Virus record (IMG/VR): IMGVR_UViG_3300029318_000050
Coordinates: 1-32,326 of that record
DNA: 32,326 nucleotides
Reading direction: 5' to 3' (one strand)
DNA from: a virus
Taxonomy: Duplodnaviria; Caudoviricetes
Shown piece by piece: positions 23,690-32,326 of this stretch. Positions within the stretch are counted from its first letter, which is position 1, and every line of letters begins with the position of its first letter. The notes under the pieces were generated by a model. That model ran no database searches and was not told where the DNA came from. It saw nothing but the letters and a program-made list of their open reading frames with translations. Made by a program: the position numbers and the translations under genes.

Positions 23690-24136
23690 TCACAATGCAA
23701 CATCTGCTGTTGTTTCTGTTGTTAAATAAATTATATTATAAACCATAGTCATAACAGCAATTGGTTGTTCGCCTTCGCCATTATAATTGATTTCTGTCGA
23801 GTCTAGGAAAGAATCTCTTGCTAAATCGTTATGAGTTACGTCAGCACCCATAGCCGCTTCAACTTCTTTAGCAATCGTATCAATAGTATCGTCATAATTG
23901 CTATTTGCTTTCACATACGCTTCAACCACTAGAGATAGATTCCTTTGTAATGTTCTTGTTGAACCCATTTCTAGTAGTTCTGAATCTTCAGATTTTGTAT
24001 AAATAATTATTGCTGGTAACTTAGAATCTTCCAAATTATAGACTCTACTTTGAAAAACATTTGATCCTGTAGTAGTCAAACCTGTCAAGGTTGTGCCTAC
24101 TCTTTCTCTTATTTGTTGTCTGATGTGATTAGCCAT
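23690..24136 (-). CDS. Tail terminator (gpU-like)
   Basis: HIRQQIRE, VFQSRVY, LPAIIIYT..E, IDTIAKEVEAAM. Synteny. Confidence 0.8.
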   Translation of the reverse strand: MANHIRQQIRERVGTTLTGLTTTGSNVFQSRVYNLEDSKLPAIIIYTKSEDSELLEMGSTRTLQRNLSLVVEAYVKANSNYDDTIDTIAKEVEAAMGADVTHNDLARDSFLDSTEINYNGEGEQPIAVMTMVYNIIYLTTETTADVAL

Positions 24137-24483
24137 TATTGTTCTTGTAATATCAAAGCTGTTATGCCTGTATTGTCAGGTTGCACATTTACAACAGAAT
24201 AAGTTTTTGCACCTTTTAGAGTATTACCATCTAAATCAGTTTGTGCTGAAAAAGCCAAAGTATCTCCATGACCTGCTGATGATACATCTTTGGTTTTGCA
24301 ATATGCGACAGGTGTACTGCCCTCAACTCCTACAGTTAGACCATCGACTGACAAATATTCATCCTCAAGAATAACTTTAATAGTTGTGGCAGAACCACCA
24401 CTTACAGTATAAGTAGCAGATACACCATGCCCATAAGAATCATCAAAGTAGCCATCAAAATCAGCATCAAATTCTAAAGCCAT
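24136..24483 (-). CDS. Head closure / head-tail joining protein (gpFII-like)
   Basis: HGDTL, YSVVNVQPDNTGIT.LIL. Synteny. Confidence 0.8.
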   Translation of the reverse strand: MALEFDADFDGYFDDSYGHGVSATYTVSGGSATTIKVILEDEYLSVDGLTVGVEGSTPVAYCKTKDVSSAGHGDTLAFSAQTDLDGNTLKGAKTYSVVNVQPDNTGITALILQEQ

Positions 24484-24690
24484 TTACTTACCCTTTCTCC
24501 TTTTGACTTTAACTTCTGATTTTTCCAAGCCTACACTTCTATCTTTTTTTTCAGATACTTTGCTATCAGATGCTTCTGCTTTGCCATAACTGATTAAGAC
24601 ATTAGCTGTGTCATTATCTAACTCAACAACATCACCAGCAGAAACTTTTTTACCATCTGCAACTGTATCTCTAAGAATTAAAACTTTCAT
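24484..24690 (-). CDS. Small post-capsid protein (gpFI-position, 68 aa)
   Basis: AAGGA RBS before MKVLILRDTVADG...AGDVVEL...A..LI..GKA. Confidence 0.7.
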   Translation of the reverse strand: MKVLILRDTVADGKKVSAGDVVELDNDTANVLISYGKAEASDSKVSEKKDRSVGLEKSEVKVKRRKGK

Positions 24691-24708
24691 TTTGCTTTCC
24701 TTGTTTTT

Positions 24709-24745
24709 TGAAAGGGCAGTAGAGAATATCCCTACTGCCTTTTCA
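24709..24745 (-). other. Strong stem-loop after the capsid gene (mRNA stabiliser or partial terminator)
   Basis: GAAAAGGCAGTAGGGA-tat-TCTCTACTGCCCTTTC, with no long U tail. Confidence 0.65.
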
Positions 24746-24762
24746 GTTGTTAATACCATCTA

Positions 24763-27351
24763 TTAACTTGCATTACAGAAAGAAACCGCATGACGTACTG
24801 CTACGTCAAGGCTTTGGAGAGCCACAATTCTGATTGTTCCTGAACTCGAATGAGTAAAAGGATCAACAGTTATATCAAGACCGCCAAAGAACCCAATTAA
24901 TAGGTCATTGAAGTTTCCGAACACATAGTTGTTAGCAGTTAATTGGTTAGAAATAACTACAGGATAGCCATTTACTTGTCCATTTTCTGCTACGAACAGA
25001 CCACTACCTGAATCTTTGGCAGTAGTTTTTAGAGTTCCATAGTTAGTAGGATTAATGATGTAAGCTAAATCGCCCACCAAAGCATTATCTACAGCAACAC
25101 TTGTTTCAATTGAAACCATTTCTGCAAAAGTTGGTGCAGCCGCACTACTTAAAGAAACAGTATTGATACCTGATTGGTTAGTGATACCTCTTGGATTTCC
25201 ACTTGAGCCACTACCTTCTAAAGCACCATCATCAATTGCAATTGCCATTGATTTAGCTAAGTCATCACGAATTAAGTTCTCTACATCCAAAGATGATTGA
25301 AGCATAAGCTGACGAGTAACGTCAGTGTGAACTCCAACAGTTTTAGGAGACATAGTTACAGAACCTATAACCATTTCAGACTCACCTGATGCACCACCTT
25401 CCGCACTAATAAAAGCGGCAGAAGCGGCAGATGTTTTCTTAGGAATTTTAACATCGCCTTGTAGTCCATTTAGGTTTGTAGCCAATGGCATTACAGCAGA
25501 TGCGTTTCTGAGTACATCAATGAAACTTTCAGGTCTAAAATCTTGTCCTACAAGACCAGCATCGTCAGACGCATTTAAATCCCTAGTGTTCCAATTAGAC
25601 ATAACTTCAGGTGGTAGCATAATACCTTGTGCAGTTCTGCCATAGTGTTTTGATGCTTCTTCTGAACATTCAAATTCAAATTCTGCATCCCTTTGTGCTT
25701 TTCTGTCAGAAGGATTAGCTAAAGCATTGATTGCTTTCATAATCGAAAACTGACGTACTTCTTTTTTGTTCATGCCAATTTCAGCAGTATCTAAAGGCTT
25801 ATCAGTTGCTATGTTGTCTAGCAAAATACCTCTAAATTCTTCTACTGAGTTGCCATCTTGAATAGCCTTGTCAGCTAAATCCCTTCTGTTGTGTCTTACG
25901 GCTAAGTCCATAATTTCTTTAGAATTTCTAACGAATTCTGCTTTAGCTTCAGCAACAGATTGTTCTCTAACTTCATCAAGGTTTATTTCATTTTTAACTT
26001 CTTCAGTCATTGTTTTTACCTTTATGGTTGTTTGTTTTTGTTTATCTTCAGAACGTCCTACTCCGACAGCTTGTGATTGATCAGCTGGTACAGAAACAAC
26101 CGACACCTCTAAAGGTGTAGTTGATACTCTGAACATAGGCTTATCATCTTTGTTGCCACGCATACGTTCCATGCCGTTTATCTTATAGCCAACACTGATA
26201 TTTTGACGAATACCATCTCTGACATCTTGATAAATTTCTTCTGCAAGTTCACTTCGACCAAAACGAACTATTGCCTTCGCACTTTTTTCAGCAGAATCAA
26301 TTTCGTATCTTTCGACCACACCAATCTGTTTAGTCATGTCATGGTCTAAGAGTAAAGGAGACCTACCACTACCAATAAAGCTAGTGTCAATATCCTCAAT
26401 AGAATGTGAGATAACTTCCATGCCAAAATCTCTTTCAACAGGTTCTTCGGAACTAACTCCGATTCTCACTCTTCTTTTTTCTTCATCGATATAAGACGCT
26501 CTTGAAAGGTCTAGAGTTCGATAGACAATATCGGACTTATCTAATCTTTCTTCTTCATCTTTATCTTCTTCATCATAATGAAATGGTCGAGATTCCATAT
26601 CTTTTTCATCATCTTCCATTTCTTCCATCATATCCTCATGTTTAGCAAATGATATTACATAAGTATCATCTGTTTCCTCAACATTGAGAATATGTCTATC
26701 TTCTTTATATTCCATAGATTTATCCTCTTTGTTTTTGGTTGATAAAGGATGCCCTTCAGGAAGTAAGTCTGTGTCATGCTTTCCTGAACGAAAGCGACCA
26801 TTACGCAAGGCATACAAAAATGAATTAATTCTTGCTGCTGCCCACATTTCAGGACTATTTACCGAAGGTCTTACAGAAGCTGGATTAGTTTTGTAAGCAC
26901 CAATCCCTCTTTCATAAACTTTTGATAAAACTCCGACAGTAGTTCTTTTAGATTTTACATCGCCTACTTCTTCATTATGTTCTTTTACTTTGTTTTGTAT
27001 CATTTTAAGTGCCTTGCCTGATACTGCTCTAGTTTCTTCTTCTTTTTTCATTTTTTCTACCAATCTTCTTGACCAAGTAAAACCAGCATCTCCGCCCCAC
27101 AATGCCCAAGCTATTCTACTAGCAGAAGGATAACCTTCTTCTCCTGCGTAGAAACCTTCAGCTTTTTTATTTACTTCATGTCTGCTAAAAAAGCTAAACA
27201 TTCTTTTGATAGTATCATCAGATAAATTCTCGCCTGCTACTATCTGTCTTGCTCTTACTGCACCTACTCTAGTTCCACCACGACCAAATTCTTCTCGCCA
27301 ATCTAAGCCTTTTTGTGCTTCGACTTTCATGCTTTCATTTGGTCTAGCCAT
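24763..27351 (-). CDS. Fused head polyprotein: two N-terminal accessory domains + HK97-type prohead protease + scaffold/major capsid protein
   Basis: Protease motifs SSEEPVER, PLLLDH, NISVGY, EVSVVSVPAD. Capsid motifs FSIMKAI, FIDVLRN, GSGSSGNPRGI, FGNFNDL, DVAVRHAVSF. Start MARPNE at 27351. Confidence 0.9.
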   Translation of the reverse strand: MARPNESMKVEAQKGLDWREEFGRGGTRVGAVRARQIVAGENLSDDTIKRMFSFFSRHEVNKKAEGFYAGEEGYPSASRIAWALWGGDAGFTWSRRLVEKMKKEEETRAVSGKALKMIQNKVKEHNEEVGDVKSKRTTVGVLSKVYERGIGAYKTNPASVRPSVNSPEMWAAARINSFLYALRNGRFRSGKHDTDLLPEGHPLSTKNKEDKSMEYKEDRHILNVEETDDTYVISFAKHEDMMEEMEDDEKDMESRPFHYDEEDKDEEERLDKSDIVYRTLDLSRASYIDEEKRRVRIGVSSEEPVERDFGMEVISHSIEDIDTSFIGSGRSPLLLDHDMTKQIGVVERYEIDSAEKSAKAIVRFGRSELAEEIYQDVRDGIRQNISVGYKINGMERMRGNKDDKPMFRVSTTPLEVSVVSVPADQSQAVGVGRSEDKQKQTTIKVKTMTEEVKNEINLDEVREQSVAEAKAEFVRNSKEIMDLAVRHNRRDLADKAIQDGNSVEEFRGILLDNIATDKPLDTAEIGMNKKEVRQFSIMKAINALANPSDRKAQRDAEFEFECSEEASKHYGRTAQGIMLPPEVMSNWNTRDLNASDDAGLVGQDFRPESFIDVLRNASAVMPLATNLNGLQGDVKIPKKTSAASAAFISAEGGASGESEMVIGSVTMSPKTVGVHTDVTRQLMLQSSLDVENLIRDDLAKSMAIAIDDGALEGSGSSGNPRGITNQSGINTVSLSSAAAPTFAEMVSIETSVAVDNALVGDLAYIINPTNYGTLKTTAKDSGSGLFVAENGQVNGYPVVISNQLTANNYVFGNFNDLLIGFFGGLDITVDPFTHSSSGTIRIVALQSLDVAVRHAVSFCNAS

Positions 27352-28852
27352 CTTCGCCACCCTCGCCACCCTGTATGTCAGCTTCAACAGGCATCTTCAT
27401 ACCAAAAGGTTGGAAAGCTGTTTTCACACCATATTGTTCTGCTAACTTCTGTTCTCTTTCGTGTTGCTCAAACAACTCCTCAACATCTCTACCATAGTTT
27501 GCTTGAACATCTTGAAATGTCACAAGACCTGACTGCATACCACTTATAGAAGCCATCATCTCTTTTTGTGGATCAACCCACGAAAAACTTCTTGGTATAA
27601 AGTTTGCTGAATTTGCAAACTTATCGTATCTGCTCATAGGCAAAGGTTGGTTGGTACTTGGAGATGTTGAGATAGCACCACTTGATATTGACATCTCTAA
27701 CCATTTTTCAAATACAGGTCTTACGAAATGGTCAATGGTAAATCTTTGGTACAGTCTATACATCTCACGATCTTCTAATGCACCCGCTCTTAATGAACTG
27801 TAATTAACAGAACTAAGGTCATTGGTTAAAGCGTGGTAAGAAATATTTAAACCTGATGCAATACTTCTTAAAACTTGTGTACTGAATGATTCAAAAGCTG
27901 ATGTTGGATGGTCAGGATCAAAAGATTTAAAATCCATTCCAGCAGGTAGTTGTTCAAATGTTCCAGCTTCAGCGTTCATTATCGGTACATATTCTTCATC
28001 TTCTCCATCTCCCACGTACGAATCTCCATCGGGACTTGTAAAGAAGCCCATCTTACTTGCTGATACTCTTGCAGAAACTATTTCTGCTTCAAGATAACCG
28101 CCAAGCATTTTTATATTTGCCATAGCAGATGCAGTAAATGGCACACCTCTATTCTGTTCAGGTCTATTTGGTATATAGGCATGAATTAATTCGTCTGCAC
28201 TGACTCTAATATGTTTCTGTGTTGCATAGTATTGGTTATCAAATGGATGATTTTTAAACAGATAATAAGCAATAGGTTTATTACTTGCATTTAACTCAAC
28301 ACCCATTTTTACTTTATTCCCATCCTTTTCAGGATTATCGTTTTTAGTTTCATCCAAATGATCTGCTTCTAAAAACTCTATCTGATAACCAAACTCTGAA
28401 TCTCTTGATTTGACATGACGAACTAATACTTCGCCATCTCTTGCTAAAGATTCTATAAATAATTTTTGACAATCTATAAATGTTAATCTGCCATTAGTTG
28501 TGCAGTTTCCCAAACGACACCATTGATTCCATTTCTCTTCAATAATTCTATTAGCTACTAAATCCAAACTGCCATCATCGTTTCTTGCTTTCATTGATAA
28601 ACGAATACCATTGTTGCCAACAACATTGGATTGCATTAGGTTCAAATACCTTTGCACATAGCTATCGTTTCTTGCTAAATCTCTTGATCTATCTCTGAGT
28701 AATCGTAAATTGGTTTTTATCTCTTCATCAGCAGATGTAGATGTTTGTAAGAAATCAGAAAATAATCTGCTGGTACTTGCACCATTGTATTTTCTTAAAT
28801 TAAGAGTTTTTCTTCTTTTCGGTTTTCTTGTAAATCTGTCGTACCAAGCCAT
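27344..28852 (-). CDS. Portal protein, lambda family
   Basis: LRDRSRDLARND, DGEVLVR, LEADHLD, RPEQNRGVP, DLSSVNYSSLRAG, WVDPQKE. Confidence 0.95.
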   Translation of the reverse strand: MAWYDRFTRKPKRRKTLNLRKYNGASTSRLFSDFLQTSTSADEEIKTNLRLLRDRSRDLARNDSYVQRYLNLMQSNVVGNNGIRLSMKARNDDGSLDLVANRIIEEKWNQWCRLGNCTTNGRLTFIDCQKLFIESLARDGEVLVRHVKSRDSEFGYQIEFLEADHLDETKNDNPEKDGNKVKMGVELNASNKPIAYYLFKNHPFDNQYYATQKHIRVSADELIHAYIPNRPEQNRGVPFTASAMANIKMLGGYLEAEIVSARVSASKMGFFTSPDGDSYVGDGEDEEYVPIMNAEAGTFEQLPAGMDFKSFDPDHPTSAFESFSTQVLRSIASGLNISYHALTNDLSSVNYSSLRAGALEDREMYRLYQRFTIDHFVRPVFEKWLEMSISSGAISTSPSTNQPLPMSRYDKFANSANFIPRSFSWVDPQKEMMASISGMQSGLVTFQDVQANYGRDVEELFEQHEREQKLAEQYGVKTAFQPFGMKMPVEADIQGGEGGEDG

Positions 28853-29442
28853 TAGAACTTAACCTCTATTGTATTACCTGACCTTTGTTTATTTTTAATT
28901 CTAGCCTTTTTTACTTCTTCTAAGTATTCAGCATGGTATCTATCTCTGAAAGTTAATAATTCATCTATCGACATTCTTGATAAAGAACGACCAGCTATAG
29001 AAAAAGAAGATTGATCTATTGATGCCCTGTTTTCTAAAACAGCTTCTATGTTATCTAAAACCTTTTTTGCATGACTTCTTAAATCAGCATTGGTATTAGC
29101 TAGATTTTTAACTACTGTGCTTCTGCCTGTATCAATTCTAATTCTTTGTGAATCCGATGTCCTAGTAATAAAAGCGTTCCAAATATAATCGCCATCAGAA
29201 TAACTTGCTGTAGTTGAAGATGCTACTTCAACAAAATAAGTATCATCAGCTTCGGTTGCTGTGATATCGAATTTGTGGCTACCGCCACCACCTGAATCTT
29301 CGTGAAATTCATAAGTAAGTGCATAAGCAGATGTAGGATATTCATTAGCTAAATCATCCCTTCGCCACAATAACCTATCGCCCACTACGATAGTGTCAGG
29401 TTCTTGTGTTGGATAATTGGTTCTGTCAAATGCGTTGGACAT
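28852..29442 (-). CDS. Head-tail adaptor (gpW-like C-terminus)
   Basis: C-terminal DQSSFSIAGRSLSRMSIDELL. Located between terL and the portal. Confidence 0.75.
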   Translation of the reverse strand: MSNAFDRTNYPTQEPDTIVVGDRLLWRRDDLANEYPTSAYALTYEFHEDSGGGGSHKFDITATEADDTYFVEVASSTTASYSDGDYIWNAFITRTSDSQRIRIDTGRSTVVKNLANTNADLRSHAKKVLDNIEAVLENRASIDQSSFSIAGRSLSRMSIDELLTFRDRYHAEYLEEVKKARIKNKQRSGNTIEVKF

Positions 29443-29535
29443 ACTTTAAATACAAAAATTTCTTCTAAAAAGATAGAATTAAAAAGCATTTTATCATTAA
29501 AAGATAAATAAAATTAATTTAATTTATTTGCAAAT

Positions 29536-29606
29536 AATAGTTGTAAATCTCTGTGGATTTGCTATATTTACAATATAATTTTAATTAAACAAGGAGAAAA
29601 TTATGA
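29536..29606 (+). promoter_or_regulatory. Repeated promoter + RBS element, copy C
   Basis: 4 substitutions and 1 insertion relative to copy B. Confidence 0.9.
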
Positions 29607-29815
29607 AAAAATCAAGATTAGACAATGAAACAGTAATGTTTGAATCAGAAGAAATGAACATTATATTTTACAAGGGCATAGAGATTTGGAAGCAAAAAGC
29701 TATGGAAAATCACATAGTAGTATGTAGCTTTCAAAAGGATGGTGTTTCTTTCAACAATCCTAGAACTAATTCTTTGCAAGATGCAAAAGACTTTATTAAT
29801 GATTATTTGATATAG
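29603..29815 (+). CDS. Hypothetical protein (70 aa), moron cargo of cassette C
   Basis: Antisense insertion in the head operon with its own promoter and terminator. Confidence 0.85.
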   Translation: MKKSRLDNETVMFESEEMNIIFYKGIEIWKQKAMENHIVVCSFQKDGVSFNNPRTNSLQDAKDFINDYLI

Positions 29816-29825
29816 AAAAAATCTG

Positions 29826-29859
29826 AAAAAGAAGCCACCTAATTAGGTGGCTTTTTTTT
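29826..29859. terminator. Bidirectional rho-independent terminator, cassette C / terL
   Basis: AAAAAGAAGCCACCT-aatt-AGGTGGC-T8, with U-rich tails on both strands. Confidence 0.88.
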
Positions 29860-31684
29860 ACCAATCATTTACCCAAGTATTTCTTCTTCTGCGATTGATT
29901 AGATTCTTTCTTTTCTCTTGTTTTGGTTGTGCTTGTTCAGATTCGCTTTTGGTTTTTATTTTATTAAGATTTGGAGAAAGAATATAAAATCCAGCTAAAG
30001 CATAAACAAAATTATCAAGACTTTCATTCCTTTCACGTGTCTGTTTCCAAACCAATTTCTTTTGTCCGCGATGAAACTTAATGATTCTTTTTTCTGCTGT
30101 AAGTTGTTTAAAATATTCTTCATCAACTGTACTTGGGAAATGTATATATCCAGCTTGATCTTCTTCTGCTACATTCAACCAACTAAACAAAGTGTCTTTA
30201 GCAGTATCAGTTCCGATTGGATAAAGACTAACTCTTTGTCTGCCTGATTGTGTTGGTCTATTAGCAATTGGTTTTCCACTTATGCTTTGACCTTTGACAG
30301 CAAATACCCTTCTGCCTTGTCTTTGTTTTACAAAGCCATAAACACTTTGAGTTGCATAACCTGAATCAATACAGGTAATTGCTATTTTTAATTTCTGATT
30401 ATTTTCTTTAGTGAAGGATGATAATAAATATTCATCTAATTCTTTCCACACTTCTAATTGGTTAGGATCCCCCCAAAAGATTTTGTATTCAATTACATAT
30501 ACTTGATTATCTGCTGACCATCCAACAACTTGTGCTTCTAATCGGTCTGATTGGCAGTCAATTCCGCAACTGAGAACTAAAACATTTTCAGGAATGGTTT
30601 CATGGTCATAGTTTTCTCTACGACTCAGCAAACTATCGGATTCTATTTCTTCGCCTTTTTCTGCAAAACATTCGCCTAATGATGTATTAACCCAAACTCT
30701 TAATTGTTCAGGATTATTTTTAGCAACTAAAAATGATTCGACTACTTCTTTCCATGTTCGCCATGATGAATACAATTCATTTAGATGGAAACCAGCAACA
30801 TTACTTTTATTGCCTTCTTGAATCCATTTACCATTTTGCATCATGTAAGGTTTATCGGATTCATCAATAAGAACTCCACAACTTTTACAAACATAATTTA
30901 CATTTTTTAAATCTTCATCCCATTTGATGTTTGACCATTCTAAATGTTGGTAAGTATTACAATGCGGACAAGGCACATGATACTTTCTTTGGTCTGATGT
31001 ATTCCAAGCATCTTGAATTCTACTCATGCCATCTATGGTTGGTGTTGATGTCATTATGATTTTACGATTCCAAAAAGTAGAAGTTCTTTTTCTTGCTAAA
31101 TCTACAGGATCGCCTTCAGGAGTTGGTTGGTATCTATCAACCTCGTCTAACAAAACAATCCTACATGGTCTTGATGATAATGATGCTGGAGAATTACTTC
31201 CTGAAATAACTACAAAACCACCACCAAATGATTTAGATAATATCGTGTTGCCACTATCTCTGCTTTTGGAATCTTTAACTTTACCTCTTAAAGCATCAGA
31301 GGCAGTAATCATTTTAGATAATCTTTGTGTAGAAAAGGCTCTTGCCATTTCTAGTGTTGGCATAACTACCAACATTGGTGCTGGATCGTGGGCTATATGA
31401 TAGCCAAGTATGTTTAGAAGTATTTCTGTCTTGCCAACTTGAGCAGATGACATGATAACAATGCTTTCAATATCTCTGTCATTTAGTGTGTCCATGATGC
31501 CACGCTGATATTCAGCACGACTTGTTTTCCATTGACCAGCTTCCGCACTAGATTCAGATGTTAAGACTCTATGATTATCTGCCCATTCAGAAACTTTAAG
31601 TTTCTTTGGTGGCTTGAACGTCTGTATCGACTGATTCCAAATTATTCTCAGAGTTTTTTGGAAGTCCTGTGTTTGCGAGTTCAT
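29858..31684 (-). CDS. terL: Terminase large subunit, lambda GpA family
   Basis: SEWAD, SAQVGKTE, LLDEVDRY, STPT, CPHC/CKSC, GIDCQSDRLE, IDSG, RNESLD. Confidence 0.97.
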   Translation of the reverse strand: MNSQTQDFQKTLRIIWNQSIQTFKPPKKLKVSEWADNHRVLTSESSAEAGQWKTSRAEYQRGIMDTLNDRDIESIVIMSSAQVGKTEILLNILGYHIAHDPAPMLVVMPTLEMARAFSTQRLSKMITASDALRGKVKDSKSRDSGNTILSKSFGGGFVVISGSNSPASLSSRPCRIVLLDEVDRYQPTPEGDPVDLARKRTSTFWNRKIIMTSTPTIDGMSRIQDAWNTSDQRKYHVPCPHCNTYQHLEWSNIKWDEDLKNVNYVCKSCGVLIDESDKPYMMQNGKWIQEGNKSNVAGFHLNELYSSWRTWKEVVESFLVAKNNPEQLRVWVNTSLGECFAEKGEEIESDSLLSRRENYDHETIPENVLVLSCGIDCQSDRLEAQVVGWSADNQVYVIEYKIFWGDPNQLEVWKELDEYLLSSFTKENNQKLKIAITCIDSGYATQSVYGFVKQRQGRRVFAVKGQSISGKPIANRPTQSGRQRVSLYPIGTDTAKDTLFSWLNVAEEDQAGYIHFPSTVDEEYFKQLTAEKRIIKFHRGQKKLVWKQTRERNESLDNFVYALAGFYILSPNLNKIKTKSESEQAQPKQEKRKNLINRRRRNTWVNDW

Positions 31685-32114
31685 TTAATGCTTCATGTAC
31701 TTCGGTTGTAATTAAATCTTCTACTTCAGCATAGGATTTAAGACCTAAGACCTGATGTGTTACCTTTGCAGGTATATTTAATAGCTTTGAACGACAATTT
31801 GCAATTAAGTTCTGCCAAGTATCTATAACATCATCAGAATGTACTAATTTACTTGATAAAACCGCTACTTCTATTTCTTTGTGATCTGCCTGATGTTTTG
31901 TAAGTCGCAACTTCTCTTCGTTTATGTCATTTGGTACATCTTTTAAATGCAATCTTGCTCTTTGTCTAAGATATTCTATATATGCTTTGCGACAGGCATC
32001 CATATCCATACCGCCACGTCCAATGCCTTTAGGTAGTATGCCTTGTGATACTAAATTAGAAATATACTGTTTTGTTAAGCCTAAATGTTCGCCAACTTCC
32101 TTTTGATTTGCCAT
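31596..32114 (-). CDS. terS: Terminase small subunit, Nu1-like
   Basis: N-terminal wHTH (NQKEVGEHLGLTKQYISNLVSQGILP), EEKLRLTKHQAD, RSKLLNIP. Overlaps terL. Confidence 0.9.
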   Translation of the reverse strand: MANQKEVGEHLGLTKQYISNLVSQGILPKGIGRGGMDMDACRKAYIEYLRQRARLHLKDVPNDINEEKLRLTKHQADHKEIEVAVLSSKLVHSDDVIDTWQNLIANCRSKLLNIPAKVTHQVLGLKSYAEVEDLITTEVHEALNELANTGLPKNSENNLESVDTDVQATKET

Positions 32115-32117
32115 GTC

Positions 32118-32261
32118 TTACTTTTTGACTAATTTTTTGCCTAATCTACGTCTTTTGTCCTTATTCATGCTAGAAGTCTTGAGTTTTCGCCTGCCAATGC
32201 TGGTTTTTTTGTATTTATGCTTTACTTCGTTATATTTTGTTTCTTTTTTTACTTTTGCCAT
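32118..32261 (-). CDS. Very basic small protein (47 aa, not in ORF track)
   Basis: MAKVKKETKYNEVKHKYKKTSIGRRKLKTSSMNKDKRRRLGKKLVKK. Confidence 0.7.
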   Translation of the reverse strand: MAKVKKETKYNEVKHKYKKTSIGRRKLKTSSMNKDKRRRLGKKLVKK

Positions 32262-32313
32262 TTTATCTTAAATAAACTCAATACTTGTAAGCTGTGCCTA
32301 AAAAAATATCGAG

Positions 32314-32325
32314 CCTCGAAACACC
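32314..32325. repeat. Right terminal copy of the 12-bp repeat (cosN)
   Basis: Identical to 1-12, followed by one non-matching A. Confidence 0.8.
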
Positions 32326-32326
32326 A

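Noticed and set aside
24691-24759. Longer 91-aa start of the post-capsid ORF
   Set aside because: It runs through the stem-loop, and the RBS supports ATG 24690.
27352-27387. Upstream start of the 874-aa ORF and the CGCCACCCT tandem duplication
   Set aside because: The duplication encodes the portal's GGEGGE tail. MARPNE at 27351 gives a normal overlap.
12318-32106. Numerous plus-strand ORFs within the late module (except 29603-29815)
   Set aside because: Antisense shadows of well-supported structural genes.
1-32326. CRISPR array, tRNA, DGR/retron reverse transcriptase, IS element, alternative genetic code
   Set aside because: No regularly spaced repeats, cloverleaf, RT or transposase motifs were seen by eye. 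Genes are intact under the standard code.
1-32326. Specific host assignment
   Set aside because: Low GC and protein styles suggest a marine proteobacterial host, but nothing in the sequence identifies it.

Overview
The window looks like the complete linear genome of an AT-rich, lambda-like (cos-packaging) siphophage, probably aquatic or marine. The same 12-mer CCTCGAAACACC sits at both ends, directly upstream of the terminase genes. The minus strand from 32.3 to 11.9 kb carries the late module: TerS, GpA-type TerL, head-tail adaptor, lambda-family portal, an unusual fused [extra domains + prohead protease + major capsid] ORF, tail genes with a G/GT-type -1 frameshift, a short tape measure, tail tip, a chaperone-bearing fibre, and a lysis cassette with a mini-MscS-like gene, holin and lysozyme. 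The minus strand from 4.9 kb to the left end carries replication genes (SSB-like, primase-helicase, GxxExxY nuclease, candidate ori, HNH) and a displaced gpZ-like gene. The plus strand from 5.5 to 11.9 kb carries many small early genes, an HTH-methyltransferase, a YqaJ exonuclease and a zinc-finger protein. No integrase, CI repressor, tRNA or CRISPR array was recognised. Two features stand out. First, three dispersed standardised gene cassettes share a ~70-bp promoter/RBS and an identical terminator stem. Second, an intergenic hairpin at 664-719 displays, on the minus-strand RNA, a loop complementary to the AGGAGAAAAU ribosome-binding site shared by the early genes, a candidate phage anti-RBS regulatory RNA. 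All product calls come from visual motif recognition and synteny; no database search was run.
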